Assembly: GCA_026025795.1 (NCBI GenBank)
Contig: JAPEUG010000032.1
Location: forward strand, 1 to 64,000
Direction of reading: 5' to 3'
Length of the DNA: 64,000 nt
Source: Thelocarpon superellum
Lineage: Eukaryota
Under the pieces are notes generated by a model. That model was not told the DNA's origin. It saw only the letters and a list, made by a program, of their open reading frames with translations, and ran no database searches. Both the position numbers and the translations under genes were made by a program. Below are positions 1 to 11,825 of this stretch, one piece after another. Within the stretch, counting starts at the first letter, position 1; the number at the start of each line of letters is the position of its first letter.

Positions 1-2300
1 CGGTCCTCGCCTCGGCAGGGCGGTCGACCAGGACACTCGGCATGGGCGGAGCGTTCTGAGCGTCGACCGAGAGATCCTACGTGCCAATCTCAGGCCTGAG
101 CGGATCAAGGTCGGACGCACGACGAAATTTTAGGTCCTTGGCAGTAACGAGTGGTTCCAGGGTAACAACCGTGTCACCAAGCACCACCTCTAGACCCGTC
201 ATGATGACACCTCCCCCGCGCGTACCCGCACGACGCGACCACGGCCGCGACCAAGGCAGTCATTGGAACACCAAGCACTAGCTGTCATGCGCGAGGCGTA
301 TTGTAGGTCAACCCTCGAACAACGCGACATGTGCTCCAGCTGACAACCGATGCGCAAGACCATATCATCCCTCAAGGGACAAAACTGATCCCTTTCGAGA
401 CTGGCGACCGAATGAGGCGAATCGAGCCATTTGGCACGGCCGAAGGTGCCAAGCGTATCGGCGAGTGACAATGCCAGACGAAGAGCTGATTAGGGCCGCT
501 CCGACTGGATCAAAGGCAAAAAGCGGTAGCCTCAATCCCACATATACCAAGACGTCAAATGCGACGGTGTCGACGGTCACGGCGGCTTCGAAACGTCCGC
601 GTCGTGACGTAGACTCAGAAGGATCGGTTCAAGCCGGAGGTCATATACCGCGGCGCAAGTCCAGCGGAAGTCAGGCGCTGCCGCGCCGGACGAGGTGGTC
701 ACCGAGTGGCGACCTACTTGTTTCGCAGACGCTAGAGCAGATAATGGACGACGATCACCTTGGTCTGCCTATCGCCTTTCTGCCACCCCAAACGAACCTC
801 AACAATTTTCTCGCCTCTTAGCTACTTCAATGCAGAGCGACGCTTCGACGATTACGGCGACTACGTCTTCCGATATCTAGCGACGGGCCGGCTGGTGCCG
901 CCCACCGGCAGCCGGTAGATCATGCGTTGCCATGGAGTCTCCGACTCGCCAGTCGTTTCTTGGTACTGCCTCCCAGCCGCCAGTCTCTTACAATAATCCG
1001 ACTGCTTCTCATCAGCATAGCCGTTCCTCTGGCTCTCAGCATTGTCTCGAGCGGCAGCTTCCAAAAGCTGCACCAAATCGTGTGCTGGCCTCTGTCCCGG
1101 GTTTTCACCGGCCACTGCGAGTGTCTAATGGTCCAGGGTTTAGTCCCCGCCTTGTGAAACTAGTGCCATGATGTCTATATCGTCGATGAGCTGATCCTGT
1201 GCTCGTCCAAGCTCGATCAGCTGGATATCTAGCCAGGAGCTGGAGTTCCCCAAGGAGGACCCAAGTGGAAGCCCCCAAGGAGAAGCCAAGTGGATACCTC
1301 GAAGAAGGACTTCGATAAATGTCAGGTCCTGAAGGAAGTCAACGCCTCTTACTACCTGGAATGCCCCTTGCAGCACTCCGCGTGATTACGAGTGCGGCAC
1401 AGCCTGAGACACAGCACGATCGACCTGTCATCGGATCGTGAGATTTCGACCATCTCTTTCTGAGTTGCCATATTTCTCGCGCGCCGCAGGCAGCAGGACT
1501 GCCTCCGAGAGGGCACTGACCAGACCGTTGAGCTCAAGACGACCCCATACCAAGCAAAGTCATATGGGGTCATATATGTGAAGCTCGCCAAAGGCTGCTT
1601 GCTGGGTGTCGCTAACGTTGCGGCAGAATCGCTTTCCTGCGGTGCGTCCATTTGGTCCTGATGAGGACCCGGACCTACCTGACGAAGTCCTCGAGGGTGA
1701 GGCTGCTCCTCGCGTACGTGGCTTCACGATCGGTGGGGTCAATCCTGGCGCAAACCCCAGCTCCCGTTCTGCTGGGCGTCGTGGCCGCGGACGCGGCTCA
1801 GCTCAGGACGCCCCATCGTCCCTGTCATCTAGTGCCTTCACACCCAGTCAAGGTCCTTCCGGCGGGACAGTAATCTCAGAATCGTCTCCAAGCGCTAGCC
1901 GACAAGCCTCACGATCCGCGACTCCTCGCGCTCTGCATGGTCGAACGACGTCTGGCGCCTCTCATATGGCTCTTGACAGAGCTGACGCCTCACGTCGTTG
2001 TCAGGCTGACAACTAGCTGCTCCGTTGGCTACACCTTGCGGGTCCTTTCCTGTTAAGGTGATCATCTTCGTGTCTCCTGCTGCGTGGCTGGGCCCTGGGC
2101 CCCCAGCTACTAGGGGCTAAGTGTGACGACGAGGCCTACAGCTAGGCGGAAACAGGAGACGTCGTCAATGGAGTTGACTCTGTGGCTCCTAGGGCTCATA
2201 GACCTATGACTAGCCTCCTCGTGTTACTCGAGTTGAACGCTGGGGCTCTGCCAGCTCGCAGCGGGACTCGGTTTATTTACAGCGTGCCGTGATCACGTGC
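1..2300. other. Degenerate, probably pseudogenised or repeat-derived tract with no recognisable intact gene
   Basis: Only short ORFs broken by stops, many of them TAG. I counted 13 CTAG tetramers in 190-2213, seven of them in 1829-2213. No clear spliced gene model. Confidence 0.4.
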
Positions 2301-2330
2301 TATGTTTTGTGACCATCATGTGACCATGAC

Positions 2331-2768
2331 GTGACCTCTCCTATCCTCGCGGCGAGGCGTGGAGCTCCCGGCCTCACACTGTGGCACACGTGGGGCCATT
2401 ACGGCGCGGGGTGGTACCAGCGGGTGACCCTCGGCGTGACCCACATGCCGACGCTGGCCGACCGGAAGTCCGTGGCCATCTACATGGCGGCCATGTCGCC
2501 GAAGATGCAGTGGCTCTGCGGGATCGTGTACGACCACTACCTGCGTGACGGCAAAAAGCTGCTGATTTTCCTGGATTGGCCGGTCAACACGTGGTTCGTG
2601 GCGTGCTTTCCCACCAAGATCGGCATCCCGACCCTCGACATCCGGTCCTGCCGCTCCCTGCCCCAGCGGGACGCCACCGCGCGACTGTTCAACGACCCCA
2701 AGGACGGCAACTTCATCCTGGTCACGTCGCTTCGGACGACGTCCATGACCTTCGCGCCAAGGACCTGA
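2331..2768 (+). pseudogene. Fragment resembling the helicase C-terminal lobe of a SNF2-family ATPase
   Basis: Translation PKMQWLCGIV...DGKKLLIFLDW...QRDATARLFNDPKDGNFILVTSLRT resembles the SNF2 pattern K..L..L...G.KVLIF...R...FN....L.S.R. Coding-like high GC3. Stops before motifs V/VI and has no N-terminal ATPase lobe. Confidence 0.5.
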
Positions 2769-2848
2769 TCGACAACCAAATTTCCCCTTCGAGCTCGCCT
2801 ACTTCGAGCCTCGAAAAGGAGGTAATAGTCCATGCCTCCAAGCGGCGA

Positions 2849-3466
2849 ATGAGCGGAGAGAAGTCGAAGAAGCACATATATGTGTGTTCGGTGATTACCC
2901 GGTGCCTTGAATACCCTATCATCAGCCAGAAGCTAGACAGCTTTGAGGCTGAGGCCAAGCGGATGAAGGCTGAAGGTGGAATGGTAGAGCTCGGAACTGC
3001 CAGCTTCATGGATGTCAAGTGGTGGGAAGGCCTACAGAAGGCCCGACAGGAGGCGTCCCAGCAGGCGGGTCAAGGCAAGAAGCGAGGCCGACCTCCAGTG
3101 CCAGCCAAAGGACCCACTGGCCAGCGTGGCCGCCCTCGCAAGGATCCCCAGGCCCAGGCCTACCGACCAGAGCTTCCAGAGCTTGCTGGATTCCAGGACC
3201 CACCCACAGAGGACCCGGCAGATTCTGGCCATCTCAATCCGGAAATGCACTTCACCCTCCAGAGCCGATACCATGGCTGGATGGAGGAAGAAGAAGATGA
3301 TATAGAGGTGGGAGAGGTTATCAACCAAGCTGTGCAAGAAGCCGAGGATGAGCAACAGCTCATAGTGATGAGTGTTGCCCGGGGAGCATCAGTTGAGCGG
3401 CCATCTGGTGAGACTGGCTATCTCACGGAGGATTCTGAAATCAGCCTGGGCCAGGCTGAGCTGTAG
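2849..3466 (+). CDS. Hypothetical protein or gene remnant with two AT-hook motifs and an acidic C-terminus
   Basis: Open frame 2576-3466 with first ATG at 2849. Contains KKRGRPP and QRGRPRK, followed by an E/D-rich tail. Confidence 0.4.
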   Translation: MSGEKSKKHIYVCSVITRCLEYPIISQKLDSFEAEAKRMKAEGGMVELGTASFMDVKWWEGLQKARQEASQQAGQGKKRGRPPVPAKGPTGQRGRPRKDPQAQAYRPELPELAGFQDPPTEDPADSGHLNPEMHFTLQSRYHGWMEEEEDDIEVGEVINQAVQEAEDEQQLIVMSVARGASVERPSGETGYLTEDSEISLGQAEL

Positions 3467-4032
3467 ATAGCGGCGCTTACAGGGATTGAGAAATCTCCCT
3501 CTCATAGCTTACATTCCAATCAAACCTCCCTCAAGGCAGTACTGGGTGGTGCAGCGCCATCTCCATCAGTTGTTGCGCTGCGTGGAGTTCGGGATTCCGG
3601 ATGTGTCGACTCGGCGTTATAGTCCGTCGTGTCCGTCGTTGTCCCAGCCATGCACCATCCGCCATCCAAAACTAGTTCTTGTTCGATTCAAGAAAATGGA
3701 TTGGAGAGGGTTTCTGAGATTATCCGTCCTAAATACTAAACATCGTTGACTCCTTATGTTCCTCTTGCTGTCATATACTCCTCCACTTTCCAGTCTCTCT
3801 TTCGCTTTCGCGTCCGCTCTCTGCTTCTGCTTTCGTCCCTCCGTCCGTCACATGGTATCACTATCGCACTGGATTTCCGAAAGGCAGGCTAAATAAAACT
3901 CGCTCGCTCGCTCGCTCACTCATTCACTCACTAACAAAGAGATAGATGATAATGGCATAGGACACAAGATACGAGACACAAGACACGCGGCATAAGAGGT
4001 GGAGAGGACGAAGATATCGTAGCCGGACGCGC

Positions 4033-6071
4033 TCAATTCAAGTGCAGGAGTTGGTAGATGTCGTGACGGTGGAAGAAGGAGCGGTTGCGCTTGCCGAAGA
4101 TATCTGCGTTATTTATAATATCTGTCAGCTTCCGTCATCTTCCGTCTATCTGTCCGCAGCGTGACGGAGATTTTGAAAAGTGGGAGGAAAATAGAAGGAG
4201 AGGAGAGGAGAAGAGAGGAGAAGGAACACGAGGACGAGGGGGCAACAGGGACGTACACATGGGTATGCTTAGCAAACACACCACCACTTGGATACTGGCG
4301 ATGGTGAAAAAGGTATCACGAATCCCCGACTCCAGAATCCATCGGTACGCGATCCACGTCATGCTGAAGCTGAAGATGTTCTTGAAGATCAGCAGGAACG
4401 TGAAGGCTTCCACCGAGATATTACCTGAGATTCCACGTCAGTACCTGCCAGTACGTCAGGTATGATGACTACTCACGGTAGGCATCGACAATGTAGAGGG
4501 CGCTCGCCACGGCGCCAATCACCATGCCAGCCACCTCGAGCGCAAAGAAGAAGTCGGGTAGAAACCAGCCATACGCGCCCACGTTGGCGGCCGTTGCGCC
4601 AAAGCCATAGAGACCCGCGCATCCAAAGACGAACTGGGGGATCACGAGGATGATGCGGAATTCGGGCTCGTACACCCCCTTGTTTAATCGAGTCAGGTAT
4701 CGCGCCGACCAGTCCGAGAAGACGCCGGAGAAGATGAAGCCAAGGAGGGCGCCGACAAAGGCCCCCGTGTACATATATCCCGTCCGGACCTCGTCGAAGA
4801 AGAGGGGTGGTCCCAGGAAGATGGCCGCGAGCACCACGCCGATGAAGACCGTCCAGCCAATCATCGTGCCCTGAATCAGAGCAGCCTAAGTGTGTGATCA
4901 GTAACGCCGTTTTCCGGAGCGCGCTTTGCCTCGTAGGCTTACCCAGAGAATGGCCGGGTGAAAAATCAGCGGGAATGGCCGAAGCACCAGCTTCAAGGGG
5001 TTTTGTCGCGTCTTCCGGCCGCTGAACGGTAATAAGCTTCGGGCATAGCTGATCTTGGCAGGAACTGGTACGGCGTCGACCTTGCCATCGGAAGGGTCCG
5101 AGTCACGGCGATGAAGATCGTCGGTGGAGGAGAGATCGGTGTTCAAATGCGCCGACCTGACGAAGGTGGTCTCCGGTACGAAGAAGAAGACCAAAGGTAA
5201 GATGGCTCCCGCAAAGATGGCGACTAGGTAAAAGGTCCAAGGATATCCAATGGTGTGCGTGATCTTGCCGACCAGGATGGGGGTGAAGAAGGCGCTGCCG
5301 AATAGTGCCATGTTGGTCAGGGCCATGCGAATTCCACGTTGCTGCGCTGCCCGTCAGCCATGCGGATAGCGGGGCGGGGGGTGGGTGGGCGCGTACGTGG
5401 ACAAAGTAGAGATCGCCCACGCAGGCATTGACCAAAGCCTCAAATGGCGCCACCGCCACTCCCTGAACCACCCGTGCCCACAAGAAGCTCTTATATGTCG
5501 TGGCCGCCCCTCCCCACGCGCTCGAGAAGATCAAGATGATGGAGCCCAAGAGGAAGAGATGTCTCTTGCCCCACAGTCGCGACGTAGTGACGAACAGCAC
5601 GCCGGCCACGCCGGTACCGGCCAGGTTGTACCCGGTCAGGAGAGCGATGCCCGTGAAGTCTCGTTCGAAATGCAAGGAGAGGGTGAGGGTATTGGCGGCG
5701 AGGATCGGGCCGATGGCCACCGCCATGACGGAGATCAGGCACAGGATCCCAGTGATGCTGTCGCGTTTCCATAACGGCCAATTCTACACTACATCAGCTC
5801 CAAGGCTCACGACCCACGACGTACCTCACGTACCAGGGGATCGTTCGGGTCATCGCTGGGCTGAGGGACGAGGATGACGGGCACATGGCCGCTGGTGTCG
5901 TACTTAAGACCCCTCTGCGTGTCGCTAGAGTCCTGTGACCGGGTCTTGTCGTCCAGCAAGACGGTCCCTATGGCGCGCTGGCGCATCAGTCCGAGCTGCT
6001 CCGCGAACGCGGTCGGGCTCCTTACCTGGAACATGTTCCATGTGGTGATCCTCCAGTACGCCGAGCCCCAT
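4033..6071 (-). CDS. MFS transporter, Hol1-like (DHA1-related; candidate polyamine/cation importer), 7 exons
   Basis: Spliced start MGLGVLEDHHMEHVP|GTVLL, then VILVPQPSDDPNDPL|NWPLWKR, WGKRHLFL, VGDLYFVH|QRG, VPET, YEPEFR, ending YIFGKRNRSFFHRHDIYQLLHLN*. Six GT-AG introns join hydrophobic ORFs in frame. Confidence 0.9.
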
Positions 6072-6106
6072 GGCTGCAATTACGCTTCAGCGTCGTCTTG
6101 GATGAA

Positions 6107-6142
6107 TTATGATGGAGACCGGGGATGCCTGCAAGCCGGCAT
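6107..6142 (-). promoter_or_regulatory. uORF MPACRHPRSPS* (Pro-Ser-stop) in the leader of the Hol1-like transporter
   Basis: Minus strand reads ATG CCG GCT TGC AGG CAT CCC CGG TCT CCA TCA TAA. A at -3. Ends 35 nt before the main ATG at 6071. Confidence 0.7.
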
Positions 6143-7179
6143 CGTCTCGTCAGAGGCCCACGGTTGAGATCAAGCACGGCGAAATGCGGGGATGCGTATG
6201 AGACCTCGACGTTTCGAAAGGTTCCCGACAGAGAGACGCCGTGATCACGTTACATGCCACGTCCAACCCGACATCCTCGTTTGCACGAGCTGCGACCGGT
6301 AACTAAGTTATCTGGGGCGTGCGCGAAGGGCGATCAATCACCTGGAGCCGGTCTCGTTTCGATTTGACCGTACAGGGCGACTACGGGGTACCTCTTGCCA
6401 AGCTGCGCTGTGTTGGCGAGAGACCGACGGTCCGCCTTCGCTACGATGCAAGTCAATCCGTTCCGAAGCCCGAAGCCTCTCTCAGGACGAACTGCGAGTT
6501 TTTCTCGTGGTCCGGGGTGAGGTAGCGGATGTTGCCGTTCCTGCCTTCTCAGTCGCTACCTATGATGGTGCTCGTACACGGACCCTGAGATTGCCACTGG
6601 AGGCCTCATGAATCTTGATCCAGGTGCTTACGAGCGGTGCAGCGACCAGTATCGAAAGCTCAGCTCCCCCTCATTTTCAGCGCGGCTCGCTCACGCCGCC
6701 AGAGCCAGCGATCGACATGACGGCCCCATGTGCTCGTGATTGCGTCTTAACCGCGTCATTCACGGGACAGTAGCGTCGCAACCCGCCCATACTGCATGAT
6801 TGAAATTGGCTCTGCGGCAAGACGAAGTTTGCTTGTCCAAGATGGTAGATGTCGATTACGGTGCAGAACTACAACCAGTGAACGAACTGATATGGAGATA
6901 TGGAGATGTAGGTAATCAGTCGCCATGCCGAATGCCAACCATACGTGAGGTTTGAACTGAACTTGGTGCAAATGCCAGCATCCAGTCCATCGTGTCTACA
7001 TATCATTTCCGCCTATGCAAAGCTGCTGCATCTCTTGTTCATACTTTCTTTCATGGAGGGTTGCTCACGTCCTCCGTCTCTCTGCCTCACGTCGTCGCTC
7101 TAGTCCTCCGTCTCTCTATCTCTCTCTCGCGCGCGCGCGCACCCGCTCAGAGAGACACGATTTTCCCCTTGCAGTAATC

Positions 7180-7797
7180 CTACGCAGCAGAGGGAATCTT
7201 TTGGACAAAATTGACGTATCCGCATCCTCCCGGGGCATCAAGTTGGCCACCGTTTTGCATGGCGATCCAGTTCAGGTGCACGGTGCCATCTGGACTCTCG
7301 CAGGCCAGGAAGGCTCCGAAAACGCCCGACGTCGTCTGCAGGATGCCGTCGTCAAAGTTCCAGTCGGTACCGCCGTTCGTACCTGACAGGACGGTGACTG
7401 GCATGGTCGCGTTGCCACTATAAGAGGGGTCGATCAAAGAATCGGTCGAAGAAGAGTTGGACGATGCCAACACGACATAGGAAGGGTCTTGGCGATTGCC
7501 AAGGTCCATACCCAGCACGCCTTGAGTGAGAAACAGCAGGTGTGCGTTGGACACCCCTGGGGCTAGGGTGATACTCGGGTCGGCCCCGCTATCGTTGGCG
7601 TGAGCCACGAAGAGGTTGTTGAATTGCTGATTCTGTTCGGCATCGTCGGCTTGCGAGACGAGGAAGAATTGCTCCGAGGGTGGAGGAGCGCTGATGGGGC
7701 CCGACAATGCTCCATTTGACGAATCGTTCCCGGCGGGTGCAGCCGATGCGATCGAGAATGCTAGAGCAGCGGAGAGGAGAGCGGTGCTGGAAAGCAT
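7180..7797 (-). CDS. Small secreted / cell-wall protein of unknown function (205 aa, intronless)
   Basis: Signal peptide MLSSTALLSAALAFSIASAA, N-glycosylation sequons (NDS, NSS, NAT), two C-terminal Cys, upstream TATA box. Confidence 0.8.
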   Translation of the reverse strand: MLSSTALLSAALAFSIASAAPAGNDSSNGALSGPISAPPPSEQFFLVSQADDAEQNQQFNNLFVAHANDSGADPSITLAPGVSNAHLLFLTQGVLGMDLGNRQDPSYVVLASSNSSSTDSLIDPSYSGNATMPVTVLSGTNGGTDWNFDDGILQTTSGVFGAFLACESPDGTVHLNWIAMQNGGQLDAPGGCGYVNFVQKIPSAA

Positions 7798-7924
7798 GAT
7801 GTACGTTTGCTCGAGTATCTTTAGAGGACAAAGTGGGAATCGATGGGTCTCGTGTGATGATATCGGATGGTGAACGTAGGTTGAGTAGGTGGCAATGGAG
7901 CCAGAACAGCATCTTTATTGCTGC

Positions 7925-7932
7925 TATATATA
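7925..7932 (-). promoter_or_regulatory. Putative TATA box of the secreted-protein gene
   Basis: TATATATA about 130 nt upstream of the ATG at 7797. Confidence 0.5.
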
Positions 7933-10900
7933 CGTTTCTGATCAGGATGATGGGAGCTTGCAGATCGGAAAGCGGATTGAGTAGATACTCAAGGCGGATG
8001 AGGAAAGAAGGCTGACAGATCGAGCTGAAGCTCAGTCAATGCCCGACAACATGTCCCAGCACGCTGTTTGCAGATGGGAGGGATTGCCTTCGAAGCACCT
8101 CTTCCATCCAGCTCTAGCAGAGCATATAGCTCTTGATTTTATACTCGATGCATACGACTATAGAACACCCTGTGTCGCACAGCACAAAGCCTGCACTGGC
8201 TTCGCCACGCAATGCCCTCGGCCATGACTCGGTAAGGAGATGACATGCGTTGGCCTACTTACCTCATGCTCCAATCCCACCCGTCCGTTTCAGACCCTTC
8301 CATCCACGAAACACGTCCGCGACAGCGCCGCTTTCCATGACAGCTTCATGGCCGTGGTCTCGGTGCCTTGAGGAATTGTCTGAGGCAGTAAGAAGGTCGA
8401 AAGGAGACGAAAGTTCGCGGGACCATCATTGGTGCTCTGCTGAATCTCGAAATCACGTAGTAGGTTGCGTCGACGTTTGCATCGCATGATGTCACGGCTA
8501 GCCGGCGTTTAGCCACCTGCCAGCGCTCCATTGCGTCCTTCGCTTCAGCCTCGCTTCAGCCTCCAAGCGTGATACGCCAATCTCGTGTTTCAATGCCAAT
8601 TACGTTTATCTGTGCCATGGGTAGGACCTGCTCCTGGGGACTGGGGCGCAGCACCAAAGGGGTTCCTGACGATGAGGCAAGGCGGGCCGAACAGCGAGCG
8701 AGTGAGCCTCATTCCGACGGTGACTACGGCCACGTCGGGTAGGATTCGGACGAAGATGCCGATGCCCCAACTGTGTGGCGTATTGTAGCCGCAGGAATAT
8801 TCTGCCAACCAAACAAAATAGAAAGCGAACCATGGAAGGAACAAAAGTCACTCACACCTCGGGCTCCGGCTCAATCAGACGCGACAGGGATGGAACCAAT
8901 TCGAACGAGCACTACGAGTAGCAGTGGGCGTGGATTCAGGGTCAAATTGTGCGGAATCGTCCGAACGAATTTTCGAGCGGATCGTGGCGGTCTTCTCGAC
9001 GCGGGTGGCAGCAGGGCGCTGACCAGGACCTGTTCCACCCATTGAAGAGGTCGATCGGATCGGGCGACGCTAACGGTACGGAGCTCTCCGGTCGGAGAGA
9101 TCCTCGCCGTGCCGGTAGTCACGAGTACGCTGCGTATTGCCAGTGGAGTCCGGCCGCCGTCCATATCATGTACAGCCAGCCATTTCCCCGACGCGTGCGG
9201 GTAGGCGCACCCGGATTGGTCCCTAACGCCGTCTCTACCAAGCCTGACTTGTACTCCATTCCTATTGTAGATTTGGGCGGCGATCCAGACTCACCACGCT
9301 CCCGCGACCTTGCACCACACAGGCTGCTGATATTTTTCCCTCTGGTCGTGGCGTTGACCCACTACGAGTACAAGTAACCGTGACCGACAACACTGTCGGT
9401 GCTGCGAGATACTCGTACACGGCGCTCACGGTACCACTCCTCCCCAGCCAAGCGATCCTCGCCCCTGGCGTGGATCAAATCTAAAATTGGTCATTTTTTG
9501 ACCGTGCCACGAGGGAGCGGAGATCCCGTTCTGTCTCAGTCGCTTGCGAACTGTAAACGGGCCAACGTGCGCTCTCACACGCCACGTCTTAAGAGCTTCG
9601 ACCCCGATGTCATTACTTGTACTTTTACCGACTGGGTGCGCGCAGCAAATGACACGTAGTGCCCAAGTTGACCGCGCTCTCTCTCACACGATGGGTAGAT
9701 TTGTGATACGCGGTACGAAGGCTTGACCGACAGAGGTAGGACTTGTAGAATAACACCCATCGCGACGCCTCGACCGGAACAGCCCGGTGAAGATCGTTCG
9801 TGTCCGAATAGTACACGTCGAGTAGCGCTGCTTACGAGCATCTTCTCGCGACGATCGGCGATAAGCATCAGCTTTGACAAAGTGTTATACTAATGGCATA
9901 ATGATATCTCCCATTTGCAGGTCGTAATAACGGAAGGGCGGACGCTCCTCAAGAAGGAGCCGGCTTACATCTCCATCTGCGGTACCAACGCCAGAAGCTG
10001 ATCACGCTTTCGTCCATTTGATGGGCGGGGGACTGGTCCTGGTGGCGCGACCAGCTGGTTCTAGGTGGGACGAGATGAAGAGGTTGTCGAGTGGAGGGGC
10101 GCCGCCCGGCGTCCACCAATAGGTGGGCGGCAAGCTGACCGCCAGGTGCGGCAGAGATGAGACGAGACGAATGGCTCGGTCGGGAGAGGGAAGAATGCGG
10201 AATGGCGCGTGCGCACGGCCGCGGGCGAGGGAGGGTGGCCCACGATCAGTTGGAGCGAGCGCCGGCACTACTACCACCAACGGCCAGAGGCAGAGGCGGG
10301 AACATTAGGCGGTGCCAGATCCTTCCCGCTGCCCTTGTGTCCCAGTCATAGCGACAGGCCCATGCCCGGACTGGCGCTGACTGCTGCAGCGCTGGTCCAT
10401 CAGTCACAGAACGAGCGCAGCTCGCCAGACGGAGTAAGCCATGTGCAGGTCGCGCCTCGCCTTGCGGACGAGCTACACGCAAGGTACCAGGGCCGATGTG
10501 CGGAGTACCACGACCCTTCGTCCGAGGTAGTAGCGGGCGGGGCCAGCGACGACCACTTCGTTGGCGCTCTGGCACGGGTCGGTCAAATACGAAGAATAAC
10601 ATCGTCCGAGTACGTGACATGAGCAACAGAGCCGTAGATCCAGCTCGCCCCTCCTGCACCCGCCGCTTGCAGCGACAGTGGACGCTGGGACCTCGGTCGG
10701 CTTCGTCGCAAACGGAATCGCCATCTCGCGCCGTGTCTCCGGCGCGCCTACGGAACAATGGGACGTTACATGAAGCCATCGGTGATGCATCGGAGATGGG
10801 GCCGTAAAATGCCATGCGTGTACGAGCTCTCGTACCTCGGAGAAGAGCGCGGTGGCCGGTGCGAGCGATTGAGCCCGAGAACGGGACCTGGACACACGCG

Positions 10901-11151
10901 TTGGACGTGCCGGGGTGGAGTGGCGTGGTCTCACGGTACGAAATCCCGTTGTCTTTGGGGTCCGCTGGGGCGGCGGGATGGGCGCGCCGGAGTCATTGTC
11001 TGCCGAAGATCTCCACGGCGCTGGCTGGTCAGCGGTCTTGCCACCAGCCGTAGCGGCGCGCATCTTGATGCACGCATTTCGAGCCGGACGATCGCTAGGG
11101 CAACTCGGTCCCTGTGCGCCGAATCACTCCAAGGGTGTGGCGGACGTGGTC

Positions 11152-11192
11152 GTGGGCGTGGGCGAGGGCGAGGGCGAGGGCGAGGGCGTGGC
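11152..11192. repeat. GGGCGW hexamer tandem repeat
   Basis: gtgggcgtgggcgagggcgagggcgagggcgagggcgtggc, upstream of the CFEM gene. Confidence 0.8.
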
Positions 11193-11825
11193 ACACACGG
11201 ACGCGGAGACAGGGTAGCATTGCTCGGGCCCGATCTCGTACCTGCCTCAGCCCCGACCGCGCTGGCGCGCCGTGCCAGTGGCAGAGGACTACTGGGGCGA
11301 GCGCGAGCAGCACTAACATTACCCCGTACGGGCACTCCGTCTGCTACCGCACCGTACTCGTGCTAGCAGGAATAGTAGCGATGAGTGCTTGCGGTGGTGC
11401 GGCGCGGAGGCTGCGGCGTGCGCGAACGAAGGGCCGGTACGAGGCCATCCCAGCCTACGGGTAGCCGCGTTGCTGCTAGCGACTCGTTCCCAGCTGTCGT
11501 CTCGTACCTACCGTACGAAGTACCTCGCAGCTTCCCGTCGCGACCGCGGGCCTAGTAGCGACTCGGCCGTCAAACAGCGAGAGGCATGAGAGGCACGAGT
11601 AGGGGAAAGTAGTGTGCCTCCGCGTTAATATCCTCCTATTCCCCCCATCCCGCCCACTGCTTTCTTTCGCCAGCGCTACTTCAGTTCCACAACACCACCG
11701 TCCGCCCGTCGTCCACGTCTCATTCTCGCAACACCTTCGTTCAGCATCGCTCTCACGCCCTCGCCAATCCGACTCGCATCGCTCGTTGCACGCGTTTCGC
11801 GTCATTCGCCGTCCACACCAACATC

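Noticed and set aside
3551..3700. Small hairpins and a CTAGT resembling a Helitron 3' end
   Set aside because: The hairpin is not positioned just upstream of the CTAG, and no Rep/helicase gene or 5' terminus was found.
4426..4477. MFS intron with an internal CAG|GTACTGAC resembling a recursive or twin intron
   Set aside because: The sub-introns would be about 32 and 20 nt, too short. A single intron restores the frame.
8949..11464. Numerous 100-200 aa ORFs in the large intergenic region
   Set aside because: R/G/P-rich translations typical of GC-rich non-coding DNA, with no motifs or splice-supported model.
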